From Blastocladiella emersonii ATCC 22665 (Eukaryota > Fungi > Blastocladiomycota): a DNA stretch of 64,000 bases. A program made the translations under genes and the position numbers. Below, one piece after another: positions 32,632-45,703 of this stretch. Below the pieces are notes generated by a model that did not search any database, was not told the DNA's origin, and saw only the letters and a program-made list of their open reading frames with translations. The stretch is taken from the NCBI GenBank assembly GCA_025594325.1, contig JANHCV010000015.1:558001-622000 (forward strand), read 5' to 3'. How positions within the stretch are numbered: the stretch's first letter is position 1; each line of letters starts with the position of its first letter.

Positions 32632-35088
32632 TCACTCCCCGTCCTCCTCGTCATCATCGTCCTCCTCGCTTTCGCTTTCACTCTCGCTCTCGCGTGAGCT
32701 CTTGCTGGCACGCTCAGCGGCGACCTCGTCGCGCCGCGCCGCGCACTCGTGACACAGCTTCTCGCCGTCCGCCTCCTTCACGCGCACCTGACACCACCCA
32801 CACCGCCGCTGCCTTGCGACCGCGTCGACGCGTGCGCGGACCCACTTTTCGGGCTCGGTCGCGAGATGGATCGCGTTAGTCAACGCGCGGGGCGGGTTAC
32901 GCTGGCGCGTCCTCCCACTGTCGCTGGGGATCACGGGCGGCGCTTGGAGGTCGCGCGCGAGCTCGGCGTACGCGGACTCCGCGACACGGTCGCCGACGAA
33001 CTCGCGGCGGGTGGCGGCCATGGCGCGCTGGCCGCACGGCGCGCACAGGGCGCGGAGGTGCAGGAAGTCGTCGCCGGGGCGGTCGGGGAGCGGCGCGAGC
33101 GCGGCGGGGTCGAGCGGGGCGGTGCACCACTTGCACTGAGTCGGGTTGGAGGGCGACGGGTGGTGGTGGCGACGTGCGGGGTCGCTCGTGGGCCGCGGCG
33201 CGACGGGGAGGCTGGCGACGAGCGGGAGGGGGAGGTAGTCGAGCGGGTCGAACTTCGGGGCGTGCTTGCGGCCGCGCGCGAGGATGCGGTTGATGAGCGG
33301 GACCAGGCGTGTGGCGACGTCGAGGTTTGCGAGCTCGGTGCGCGTCATCGGGTTGTACGAGAAGAGGAGCTCGAGTTCCTCGGGTGTCGTGGGAGCTACG
33401 CGCGGACGCGGTGTCAGGGTTTCAATCGGTGACGGGAAACACTGCACGTGGAATTGTACCCTTGTAGTCTCGGAAGTGGACGGCGTGGACCCGCTGGCTG
33501 ACGACGTCGTCGAGGTTGGCGTTCCGACGCGCCCGCGCGGCCCAGTCGGCGAGCTGGTTGATGGCGTGGACCAGGTCGGCCTCGCGCGCGGTGCGCAAGC
33601 GCTTGGCGATGCGTGGTGGCGGCAGCGACTTCATTTGCGAGTACACGCGATCGAGGGTCCTAGTGCAGTCAATTGTTAGATGGCGAGCGTTGGGGAGGAG
33701 AGCGCGGAGCGGATCGTACTCTTGGTCAAACAGCCCGCTGTCCATGGCGGCAGCCATGACCGTCGTCCACGAGTGCACCGAGCGCGGAGCCGCACTACAC
33801 CGCGTATCGTATCGTCAGCAGCCTCGAACCACGCTGCAAACGTAGGAGCACGTACCAAACCCGACCCGAGACATGGTCGAGGAGATCAACCACAGCCCCG
33901 ACCGCCTGCGCCGCCGCGTACCCTGCGGCGGGCGCGAGGAACGCTTCGTCGAGGTCGCCGTACTCGCGCTTCACAGCAGCGCGCGCACGCTCGTCGAGCT
34001 CCTGTTGCAGGTACGCGGCCTCGGGGACGTCGAACGGCGTGTCGGCCGCGCAGAGGAACGGGAACGCGGGCGCGTCGGGCCGATCTCCGGGTGGTGGCGC
34101 GAGTGGGCGAAGCACGTCGTGCAGCGACTCGCTGGTCATGCGCGGCGGGCGCTTCGACGTCGTTGCCGTGTGCCGCCGGTGCACGCGCATGGGCTCCGAC
34201 GGTGCGGGGCGCGGCGGTTTCGGCTGCTGCTTGGCCTTTTTGCCCGACTGGCGCACGCCGCCTTCCGAGGCCGCACCGCCGGCGTCGGTCTCGGTCCCGT
34301 CGGACGACTCCATGAGAGCCCACTCGCTCTGCGAGTCGGAGCTCGAGTAGGCGCCGGGGGCGAGCGAGAAGTCGGAGCCGACGTACTGCTGCGTGGTGGT
34401 GCGTTTCGAACGACGAACACCCGTAGGCATGGGGTTCGGAGCGACGTCGTCCTCGCTGCCGAGCTCGTCAACGAGTGCACCGTCGTCGCCCCCGCTGCCC
34501 TCCTCGAAGCGGATGCGCTTGTTGAGTCCAGGCGCCGGGTCGGTGACGGGGCGAGCGCGTTTGCGCGGCCGGACGATCTCGGTGTCCGACTCGGACGCAC
34601 GGCCGACGTCGTCGGGGACCTCCTCGCTCCACTCGCCCGCGTCCGTCGACTCGAGCGGCAGGTCGGGGGCGTCCATGTACTGGGTCGGTCTACATTCACA
34701 CCGTCGGGTCAGCGCGATGCGGGCCCTGTCCATTCCGCAAAACGTACAGATTAAGCGCCGTGCGCCCACCCTCGGCCTTGGGCGGCTCGGGCCAGCGGAA
34801 TGCCGATCGCCGCACCGTGTTCATGCGCAGGAGCGAGACGAGGTTCGCACGGGTGACGCCAGCGACGGCCGGCGGCGCTTCGTCGTCGTCGGCCTCGGCG
34901 GCCACGGCGGCAGCAGCGGCGGCCTCCTTGGCGAGACGCTTGATGGCGAGCCGCGTCAGCCGGCGTGGCGGCTCGACCTCCTCCTCCGACTCGTCGTGGT
35001 CGGGGACGGGCGGGGCGTCCGAGGCGGCCTGCGACGCGGCCTCGTCGTCGTCCGAGGATGAAGACGGAGATGGTGAAGCGGATTGCAT
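32632..35088 (-). CDS. Hypothetical acidic nuclear protein with four CxxC pairs (two putative zinc fingers); weak Rrn9-like motif; about 5 exons
   Basis: ORF pieces 34696, 33795, 33422 and 32632 can be joined by GTAC...TAG introns. Motifs RPRKRAR, SWTTVMAAAMDSGLFDQETLDRVYSQMKSL, CKWC...CAPC and CGWC...CHEC. Confidence 0.6.
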
Positions 35089-35344
35089 TGCAGTAAGTGG
35101 TGGTGGTGTCCTCGAGGAGGCGACGTCGTTGTGAGTGGGAGGAGGGGCGGGTCGAAGACAAGGGCCGCGGTCACGCCGTCCCGACCGACGCGGCCGCAAA
35201 ATCTGTCTCCCGGCGATGTCTCCACCCGCCCCGTCGCGTGCGCTCGTTTGCGCTTCGCGTCGTCGCCAATGATCCGCGCTCGCTCTTGCACCCAACAGCC
35301 ATCCGAACACGAAAGCAAATGAACTACCCGCAACTGCACTCGCC

Positions 35345-38300
35345 ATGAACCCTCTCCCGCTCTCCGCCGCGCTGACGACGGCAGACCAGCTGGACCGCGA
35401 CCGGCCGCCGGGCACGTCGCGGCAGCCGTACGTGTCGGCGCCGCGCGACGCGCTGCCGCCGGCCGAGTCTGCGGTGCTGAACGAGCACGTCGACCGCGTG
35501 CACTCGCTGTTCCTCGACATGGTCGACTCGCAGCTGTCGTCGGCGTACCGCACGCTGCAGGACCGCGAGGACGAGCTCGACCGCGTCGAGACCGAGCGCA
35601 AGCACGCCATGGTCTCGCTCGGCCACGCATGGTGCGAGGTCGACCGCGTGAATCACCTTGTTGCGACGCTGTACGTTTCATCGTCTCGCGTACTACTCTC
35701 GCGACTCGGCCTGACACGCGTCGACGGCTAGAAACGAGAAACTCCACGCGACGTCGCAGAGCGAAGCGCTCGCGAGCATCGAGCGCGGGCTCGCCGTCAA
35801 GGACGTGGAGCGCGCCGAGTCGACCAACGCGGCGCTACGCCACGACGTGGCCAAGATCGCGACTGAGCTGGCCGAGGCCACGAAACGCATCGACCAGATG
35901 CGCCAGATCAACGTCGCCTTCACCGCCGACCTCAAGGTCCAGAAGCGCATCCAGAGCAAGCTGAAAAAGGAAAAGGAGGTGGTCGAGCGGCAGCGCAAGG
36001 ATGTCGAGAACGAGCTCGCGTTCATGCAGAAGAAGTTTGAGCAGGTGCGTTGTGCTGCTGACGAGTGAGCGTGGGTCGGGACTGACGCGGCCCGGGTGTA
36101 GGTCGTCAACGAGAAGAACGACCTCGCGCAGCGCCTCGCCGAGCAGCAGAACGAGACCAAGGTCGCGCAGAACGCCATTGGCCGCATGTCACACGGTACT
36201 TGCCGCCCTCTTCCCGCATTCTACACCACCCTGACACTGCGACTGCTGCGTAGAGATCAGCAAGGCGACCCAGGTCAAGCAGATCCTCGAGAAGCAGTGG
36301 GAGGACGCCGTCAACGCCATGAGCAAGCGGGACCACACGCTCAAGGCCATGGACGAGGCCAAGGACGCCGTCAAGCAGGAGCTGACCACGACCCAGGTCG
36401 TCCTGCGCAACACCACCCTTGACCAGGAACGCACCCAGGACCTGCTCGAGCAGCGCGAGAAGGGTACTCCCACTCTCACCTCCCGACCAACCATCACTCA
36501 CCTCGCCTGCACCGTAGAGCTCGACGAATGCCGCCGCGTCCTCGACGCAACCACCAACGAGCTGCTCCACCTGCGCGAGGAGTACGGCACGAAGCGCACC
36601 GAGGCGCACAACGCGCTCGACGCCGTGTCCAAGGGCGCGCAGGCGTTCGAGGTGGAGCGGCGTGCGCGCGAGCGCGCCGAGGCCGAGGCCGACCGGATCC
36701 GCGTCCAGTGCGCCGAGCTGCAGTCGGCGCTTCTCGCGCACCGCCAGGACCTGCAGGTCAACGCCAACGAGGCGTTCGCCGCGAAGGTGGTCCGCGAGCA
36801 GGACGCGCGCACGCAGGCCGTGGTCGGCGAGCGCGACCGCGCGCTCGAGGCCCAGGTCGAGGCGAATATCCATCTGCAGCATAGCAACGCCGAGCTCGCG
36901 TTGCAGGTAAAGCAGCTCCAGGAGCAGCTGGTACGCTCGCTCGTCGACACTCGTGCGCCAGCGGTGCACTGACCCCGCCCTCCCGCCCGCCCACCGATGC
37001 GTAGGAAGCCCGCGATAAAGAACACTCGCTGCTGCAGTCCAAGAACCACGAGGTGACGGGCCACGCCGAGAAGCTGTGCTACGAGACGCAGATGCTGTCG
37101 TACCGGCTCGAGAAAAAGGACATGGAGCTGAGCGGGATGCGCATGAACCAGACGGTCGTCGACACGCGCCCGCTCGAAATGGTCATCAAGAACCTCGAGC
37201 GCGAGGTGAGCGACATCAAGCGCGAGCGCGACCGCACCCAGGCCGCGTGGCTCAAGATCCAGCAGAACAACGTGCAGCTGCAGGAGCGCGTCGACCGGCT
37301 GCAGAGCGAGAACGATACGCTCAAGGTACGTTCGCGGTGCGACGCGGGTAGGCCCGAGTGCTGATCTGGTCCGTGATGTGCGTGTGTGTAGACCAAGAGC
37401 ATTGTCAACAGCATGACCAACGTGCAGGTCAACGAGGAGGTCAAGGGCATGAAGCGCGAGGCGTTTGAGAAGAACATGCAGGTGACGCAGCTGTACGTCG
37501 AGCTGCAGAAGCTGCGGCCGCGGATGCAGGAGCTCGAGAACCGTAACGTGCGCCCATCCCTCCTCTTCCGCCTCGGCAATCTCAACTGACCCTACTCCCC
37601 ACGAACTAGGCGGTCCAAGAAGCCCAGCTCGCGCACTACGCGATGCAGCTCGAAGAGTCAGCGCACGGCGCCAAGTCCGCGGTACACATGCTCAAGCACG
37701 ACCTGCGCCGCGTGCACAAGGACCGCGCGGGCCTGCAGCGCGACCAGTTCAGCCGCGAGCGCGCGTACGCGGCGCTCGAGCAAAAGTACACGCTGACGCG
37801 CGAGCTGCTCGACAAGACGCGCGAGGACAAGAACGCGCTGCTCCGGCAGAACGCCGAGCTGAAAGCCAAGTGCGACGCGTGGAGCGCCAAGCTCGACGAG
37901 ATCAAGGGCCAGTGGCGCAAGCTCGTCGAACTCGGCGGGAAACGCGTCATGCGCCGCGCCGACGGGAAGCCGCACGAGGATGAAGGGCGGCAGGGCAGCG
38001 CGCTTGAGCTCGCGCCGCAGGAGTACGAGGTCGTGGGTACGCTGGGTCGCGTGATGGGTGCGGGGATGGTAGGCTGACCTGGCTCGTGCGCCGTAGACGT
38101 GCCCGGCCTCAAGTTGCGCAATGAGACGCTGACGGTTGAGAACCGACACATGCACGAGGAGGTGGTGCTCAAGGACGCCAAGATCCGCGAGGTGCGCGTC
38201 CCCTTGACCCCACCATCGCCCACGCAAACTAACCTCCTTCCCTCCACCTAGCTCGAAGACCGAATCATGCGCCTCGACATGGCCGCGTCAAACCTGAGCC

Positions 38301-38719
38301 TCCGCGCCAAGTCGCTCGACAGCCAGCTCGCATCGCAGGCCGCGGCGCTGACCATGGCGACGCAGCGCGCGTCACGCGCCGAGCGGATCGCCGCGTACCT
38401 CGAGTTCCAGTTCCGCGACGCGAAACCCAACGGCCGCGTCGACTACGGCGTCGCGCTGCAGGAGGACGTTGAGGCGTCGCCCGCGCTCCAGGCCGCGTTC
38501 ATCAAGCTCAACCAGACCGCGGCCGCTGCAGCAGCAGCAGCGAGTGCGGTCAAGGACGCGGGTGGGACGGCGGGCCCGGGTGGGATGATGGTCGCCAGCA
38601 CGCCGGGCGGGCCGTCCAAGTCAAGAACACGCACGCCGCTCGGGCTGGCGGCCGCCAACGCGAAGCTGCCGCCGCTGAGCCCGGGACCCGGCGCGGCGAG
38701 GGCCAAGCGAGCCGTTTAA
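35345..38719 (+). CDS. Axonemal coiled-coil protein, CCDC40-like (multi-exon)
   Basis: QNETKVAQNAIGRMSHEISKATQVKQILEKQWEDAVNAMSKRD and RPLEMVIKNLEREV...AWLKIQQNNV resemble conserved CCDC40 segments. Many GT-AG introns. Confidence 0.6.
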
Positions 38720-38931
38720 TCCATTAGCGTGTGTGATGATTGATGGAGAGGTTGATGGCGGTGGCATAGATTGTACAGTTTTCAAAAGCGGTGAGTCGAC
38801 GAAGTCGGTCGCGGTCGCGCTGCCTTGGTCGGACCGCGTCGACCCTCCGCCCTCTTCTCTCCTCCCCTCAACGACCGGCACCGACTCGCCGCCCCTCCCA
38901 CTCCCTGCAACGCATCAACCACCTCCACACC

Positions 38932-40289
38932 ATGGGCATCCAGGGTCTGACCAAGGTCCTCGGCGACCACGCGCCGTCGGCCATCAAGCAGAACGACATC
39001 AAAAACTACTTTGGCCGCAAGGTGGCGATTGACGCGTCCATGTCCATCTACCAGTTCCTGATTGCGGTGCGGTCCGAGGGCCAGCAGCTCGCCAACGAGG
39101 CCGGCGAAACCACGTCGCACCTCATGGGCCTCTTCTACCGCACCGTGCGCATGATGGACAACGGTATCAAGCCCGCCTACGTGTTTGACGGGAAGCCGCC
39201 GACGATGAAGAGTGGAGAGGTGCGTGGGGCGTGTGTGAACGGGGAGTGGGCGGTACCTGACGCGGACCGTCCCCCGAGTAGCTCGCCAAGCGCCTCGAGC
39301 GCCGCCAGGAGGCCGAGAAGAACCTCGTCGAGGCGCAGGAGAAGGGTACGACGTACCTGTCCCGCTCGTGTCGCGGACAGCCCTAACGCGCACCCCCCAC
39401 GCAGGCGACGCGGAGCAGGTCGAAAAGTTCTCGCGGCGCACGGTCAAGGTGTCGCGCGAGCACAACGAGGAGTGCAAGAAGCTCCTCCGCCTAATGGGCA
39501 TCCCGTACGTGGAGGCGCCGTGCGAGGCCGAGGCGCAGTGCGCGGCGCTGGCCAAGGCGGGCAAGGTGTACGCGGCGGGGTCCGAGGACATGGACACGCT
39601 GACGTTCGGCGCGCCCGTGATCCTGCGCCACCTGACGTTCAGTGAGGCGCGCAAGATGCCCATCTCCGAGATCCACCTCAGCAAGGCGCTCGAGGGGCTC
39701 GAGCTGACCAACGACCAGTTCATTGACCTGTGCATCCTGCTCGGGTGCGACTACTGCGACTCGATCCGCGGTATTGGCCCCAAGCGCGCCGTCGACCTGA
39801 TCAAGGAGCACGGGTCCCTCGAGAAGATCATCGAGGCCCTCGACGGGTCAAAGTACGCGGTCCCCGAAGACTGGCCGTACGAGGACGCCCGCGAGCTGTT
39901 CAAGAACCCCGAGGTGCTCGACCCCAGCGAGGTCAACCTCGTGTGGTCCGACCCCGACGAGGAGGCCCTCGTCGAGTTCATGTGCAAGGAGAAGGGTTTC
40001 GCGTACGTTTTCTCCCACACTCTCGCCCCGATCGCGCATCAACTTGCACTCACACATTTCGCGCGAGTGTAGCGAGGACCGCATCCGCAACGCCGTCAAG
40101 AAGATGCAGAAGAGCAAGAGCGCGGGCGTACAGGGCCGCATCGACAGCTTCTTCAAGGTGGCGCCCAAGCCCGCCGGCGACGCGTCCGCCGCGTCCAAGA
40201 AGCGCAAGGCTGAGGACGACAAGAAGGCCGCCGCCAACAAGAAGGCCAAGGGCGCGACCAAGGCCAAGGGCGGTCGCCCCCGCGAGTAA
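38932..40289 (+). CDS. FEN1: Flap endonuclease 1
   Basis: MGIQGLTK...[22 protein letters not shown]...[11 protein letters not shown]...YVFDGKPP; [10 protein letters not shown]; [10 protein letters not shown]; LLGCDYC; PIP box QGRIDSFF. Confidence 0.97.
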
Positions 40290-40366
40290 GCTCTCGTGGG
40301 TCTCGCTCGTTTCGATATAGAATTCACCGTTTAGTCTCCACCTTCCTCCACATCACCGCCCGCCCC

Positions 40367-43144
40367 TTACACGGCTTCCGGCGCGAGCTGCGCCTTGGAC
40401 TTGCGCAGCGACGCGCGCGACCCGGGCCGGCTGCCCGACGGCGGCTTGGGCTGGTCGGCGCCGTCTGCCGCAGGTGGAACCGGCGAGCCCGACGCGGGGC
40501 GCGGCGGCTTCTTGCTGCCCGCGGATCCCGGCGGCGGAGACCGCGTTCCCGACGCGGCCGCGGCCGCCGATGCGGAACCCACGCGCGAAGCGCCCTTGGA
40601 CGACGACAACGGCGCGCCCGAGGTGGGGCGCGACTTGGCGGGTGCGCCGGACGCGGGGCGAGACGGTTTCGCGCTCCCGGAACCGGTGCTCGAGGCGAGG
40701 GCAGCGGAGTCGGCCGCCGCCGCGGTGTCGGATGGTGGTGCCGCCGCGGGCTCCGTCGTCGCGGCCGCGTCTGCTGGCGGAGCTTCGGTCGCAGCTGGTG
40801 CCGGCTCGCTTGGTGCGGGCGCAGCAGCGGCAGCGGTAGCGGGAGCGGGGCCGAGCGACTCGCCGTCGGCCACGATCTGCGACCCGCGCGTGGGCAGGGA
40901 GATGGCGGACCCGACGCGCGACGGCATCGAGAGCTTCTCCTCGAACAGCAGCGTGATCTCGCGCAGGGCGCTCACGGGCGAGTCGGACCCGTGAAGCGCG
41001 TTCTTGGAGCCGTCGGTGCCGTAGATGGCGCGGAGGCTGGAATAGAAGGGAACGGGTGAGTTTGCGGCGGCCGACGGTGGTGAGAAGGGGAGACGGGACG
41101 TACGTGTCGGGCGCAATCTCCTTGGCCTTGAGCGCGTTGGTCGGGCCCATGGTTTCGCTACGGTCGGCGCGACGCGAGTCAGCGAGTGTGCTCAGTAAGT
41201 CCCAGCGCGCGAACGTACCGCCAGCCCGTGATCGCGAGCTCCTTCTCGAGGACGAGCGCGTAGATGGGCCCGGACGTCATCCAGGTGGTGAGCTCCTCGT
41301 AGAACGGCTTGCCGACGTGCTCCTTGTAAAACTCCTGGGCCTGGTCCATGCTCATCGTGAAGTTCTTCTGCTCGACGATGCGGAACCCGCGCTCCTGGAT
41401 CTTCTCGAGGATCTCGGCCGCCTTCTTGGCCGCGACCGCGTCGGGCTTGATGAGCGCGAGCGTGCGCTGCAGGTTGGGCGCGCGGCGCCCGAGCATGTGC
41501 GACGTGGGCCGCGGGAAGAAGATGCCGTACTCGCGGTGCGCCGCGTCCTGCGTCGGCGACACCCAGAGCCCCGGGTGCTTGGCGTCGGTCCCGAGCTGCC
41601 CGCGCAGCGTGCGCGGGTGGAACTCGCGCGCCGCCGCCGGGTCCGACGGGCCTACCAGCTCGGTCCACAGGTTCAGCACGTCCTCGCCCTTGAGGACCAG
41701 CGCGACCACGGGGCCCGCAGTCCAGTACGCGACGGTGTCCTCGGGCGCGTCGGCGCCCAGCCACTCGATGGCCGACTCGCGCGCGAGCGTCAGCGTGCCG
41801 CGCTTGTGGATCTCGAACCCGGAGAAGAGCGCGCGGGCGACCACGGCCTCGACCTTGGCGGGGTCCGCGGCGACCTCGGGCGCGAGGACCGTCACGGCGA
41901 TGGTCACGTCCGAGTGGACGGGGATGTTCGGGATCGACGGCAGCGTGGGCGAGAAGAGCAGCTCCATCTCGCGCTGCGCCGACTCGTTGCTGTCGGACCC
42001 GTGGATCGCGTTATGCATGCCGTCCTTGCCGAACTGGGCGCGGAGCGAGCGCGGGGCGACCTCCTGGGCGTGCTTGGGCGAGGCGGGCCCGATCACGTCG
42101 CGCCACGCGGCCACGGCGTTTTCGTGCGACAGGAGCAGCGCGATGACGGGGCCCGACGTCATGTACTCGACGAGCTTCGGGAAGAAGGGCTTCTCGGCGT
42201 GCTCGGCGTAGAAGGTGTTGGCCACGGCCTCGGTCAGCCACAGGCGACGCTGCTTGAGTACCTCGAACCGGTTCAGCTTCGCCGCCGACATGATCTCCTC
42301 GATGACGTGCGGGACCACGGCGTCGGGCTTGATGATGGAGACGGTGAACTGGTTGTCCGTGATCTCGCTCGCCAGGTTCGTCGACAGACGCAGGTTGTTG
42401 GCGCCCGGCGTGAAGGTGACGCCCGCGCGGATGAGCTGCGGGATGTCGACGTCCGGGATCGCCTACGCGTGGGGTTCGTGGTTAGGGGACGTTCGCGTGG
42501 ATGCGTGGGATGGGCGTACCGGCTTGCGCTCGTGCGTCGTCTTGTTGAGCTCGATCTGCTCCTTGACGATGCGCTCGAGCATCGGCGAGTTGGCGCCGCG
42601 GACGAGAGCGACGAAGACCCCGCACTGACAGCGTTGGTTCGTGTCAGCACTGGTCGGGTTCAGGACAAGCGAGCGGCCACGCACCACCCAGACGGAGAAG
42701 AGCGGACAGCTCTTGTTGCGGAGCGCTTCAAAGTAGCTGATCGTGTCGGTTTGCGCCTACAAATGATGCTGTCAGTCCCGGTCCTTCGCAGAGCGCGAGA
42801 GTCGCCGTACCTGGGCGAAGATGACGTGCTCCGAGTAGTCGACCTTGAGGCGCTTGAACACTCCGGCCATGGGCTCGCACGGGCCGCAGAAGTGCGGGTA
42901 CATGTCCACGACTAGACGCGAGGCGCGTCAGCAAGGGTCGTGAGGGGTGCAGCGAGGACAACGGACCGGCAACCGACTCGCCGTGGTTGAGGAACGAGAT
43001 CAGCTCGTCGTCGTTGTGGAGTTTCTAGTCGTTCGCGGTGTCAGCGGGGCATGCAACGCGATTAGCGCGGCAGCGTCGACGCACAGAAATGACTTCGATC
43101 TCCTTGCGGCCGCCGGGACCGCCGCCAGTGTGTGGGCGCGCCAT
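40367..43144 (-). CDS. NME8: Thioredoxin + three NDK domains (NME8/TXNDC3-like flagellar protein)
   Basis: Exons give MARPH...RKEIEVIS, VVDMYPHFCGPCEPM (Trx), NDK1 ...NAIHGSDS, a degenerate NDK2, NDK3 RTLALIKPDA...NALHGSDS, and a basic Pro/Ser tail. Confidence 0.8.
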
Positions 43145-44168
43145 GGTGGGTGATGTTGCAGGTAATTGCGAGCTTCAGGCTCAGGGTTTCATGTGCAAAG
43201 TTGCATCGAAGAGCGGAGTGACGGGACCGCGCGTCGAGCAGGGTTCGAGTGTGGCGAGACGCGTCTCATACGCCCCGCGCGTCAGTCACGTTTTGCTTCG
43301 CGCCCTCCCCTCGGTCCCGTTCGAGTCAGCTCGAGGCTGCCTCTCTCTGCTGTGAGGACCCGCGTGAGCTATGTCGCGATCTAGTCTCGGTGACACGCAA
43401 GAACGCGCGCCAAGTCGGCGCCTTGCGGTTAGAGCCCACAAGTTCGCCGTGGACATGGTCGTGTGGATCGCGCCACGCGACCTTGAGCTCGTCTCGGAAC
43501 GTGACCCAGCTCGCAGTCTTTGCTTTAGACTGATCTCTTACCCGTGGACGCAACTATGGACAGGTGCTGACGGGAGCGAGCTGAGGCGACGGCCGCAGGA
43601 TCTCACCCGGAAGGCTCGCTTCGGCAGGGTCGGATGGCGGAGTACAGGAGCCGCGAGTCGAGTTGGTCGGAAACATGACAGACGTCAGGGCGTGTCGCAC
43701 GCCCTCTCACACGCAGGGCCGGGGCCGTTCATGGCGGCCATCGTCGTTGAGCACGCGATGGACTAGCTTCGGCCGCGGCTAGAGCGGCTCGTGCGGCTTG
43801 TTCGGCGCTACAGGAAGCCCCGACGGACTCGAAGGTCGCGATGTTCTTGGCGTTGCGCCTAGCGGCATGGCTCGGCCGGAAGAGGCGGCGAAGCCGCTGA
43901 GGGGAAGCAGGCAGTGTCGATCAGCAAGGGCGGCGGTGCTTCCGTGGCCCTCGTCCCATACTGTTGCCCGTCCACTCGCAAAGCGGCTGTAAAGCGCGCA
44001 CCTCGATACCAGCGAAGTCGTTTTGGTGTTCGCTGGCCTGATGGTGAGGAGCTTCGGAAGAAGCTCGCGCGGCCAGTCCAGCGTCGAGTCGACTCAGCCT
44101 CCACCAGCTCGCTCACCCTGTCGCTCGCCGCTCCCCTACTTACGCGAGCTCATGCATCTGACTTCACA

Positions 44169-45660
44169 ATGACTTCCCGCAACGTAACCGCGCTGGACGA
44201 AGTATGTCCCTCCCTCGCGGCCCTGCCCACTGCGGCGCTCCCGCTAACCGCCCTGCCCACCGTCGAGCCTTCCAGGACGTGTACACGGAAGCCCTGTCGT
44301 CCATCATCGAGCGGGACTTCTTCCCCGACCTGGCGCGCCTGAAAGCCGAGACGGCGTTCGTCGACGCGCTGGCGTCGCGCGACCCGCTTCGGATCGATAT
44401 CGCGAAGCGCGCGCTCGACGCGCTCGAGTACGACCGCGACGACACGCGGTCCGTGGCATCGACAGCGCGCACGGGTGTCGTCAACACGTCGCTCCGGCTC
44501 GGCGCGTTCCAGCAGCGGTACACGAGCGAGGACAACGCCTCGTTCAACGACCTGCTCGACGAGGCCAACCGCAAGCTGCGCGCCAAGCTCGCGTGGATGT
44601 TTGAGCGGAACAAGGCGGGCGCGCGCGGGGGTGGTGAGGAGGAGATGCGGATGATTGAGGGCGCGCCAGGGTCGGGTGCGGCGGGCGAGCTGATGGCGCC
44701 AGCAGCGGCGTCGGGCGAGCTCGTCCTCGCGTCGGGCAGCGCTGCGGCAGTGGTGGATCCTGACGACCGCGACGCCAAGCTGCGTCTCCTTTTGCCGAGC
44801 ACCGACCACCGCGGGAGCGCGGTTGTTCCGACCTGGGAGCACAGGGTACGCGTGACATCGCTCGCTCGACCGTGACCCCACTACATACTGACACACTCGC
44901 CCATACGTAGACCCTCAACGCCTTCATGTTCCCGCCCTCCTCCGCGACGACCGCGAAACTCCGCGCGCAGAAACCCGCCGTGACCAACTACGCGGCGACG
45001 CGGTTCGCGGACTCGACCCCGCTCGCGCAGTTCACGCAGGCCGTGCTCGACTCCGCCGCCCCTACCCCCGCCCCTCTCGCCCCCTCTCCCTCGGACACGC
45101 CGTACAGCCTGGTCTCCATGACCCCGCGCCCACACGGCGCCGCAGCCGACATGGTCCCCGACATGACGTGGGGCGCGATCGAGGCGACGCCCGTAGCGCT
45201 GCGCGACGAGAGCGGGACCGCCGCCGCAAGCGAGCCGGAACCGCACCGGTACCGCATCCCAGACACCCCCGTCCGCGAGCTCCTCGGGATCCGCAAGGTG
45301 GAGCAGCTGCGGCACAGCCGGACGACGCACAGCTCGCGGAGCGCGCGGACGCCGGCGACGCCGCGGACGCCGTGGGACGCGACACCCGGGTCGTCTTCCG
45401 CTGCGTCGGTGACGTCCGCGGCGAGCCGGCGGAGCAGCGCGATCGCGGTCGGGCCCAAGAGCGAGGCGGCGCGTGGGCTGCTGCACCGCGCGGGCGGCGT
45501 CGACGCGATGCTAAGGGCGAGCTACGCGTGCGGCGGGGGCGGGGTCAAGAAGCGGGCGGTGCCCGAAGGGTGGAGCATGCGCAGCGCGCGGTCCGGGGTG
45601 TCGATTGCGACGCCGTTCTCGTTCACGCCGACGGTCGCCGTCGCCAAGAAGAAGAAATAA
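44169..45660 (+). CDS. ESS2: Splicing factor ESS2/DGCR14 (ES2)
   Basis: LDE|DVYTEALSSIIERDFFPDL, LGAFQQRYTSEDNASF, NAFMFPP, MTWGAIEATP, YRIPDTPVRE, SEAARGLL and LRASY. Confidence 0.9.
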
Positions 45661-45703
45661 ATATGGCGAGCACACGCGCCTCTGCAAATCTGTATCTACT
45701 TCA

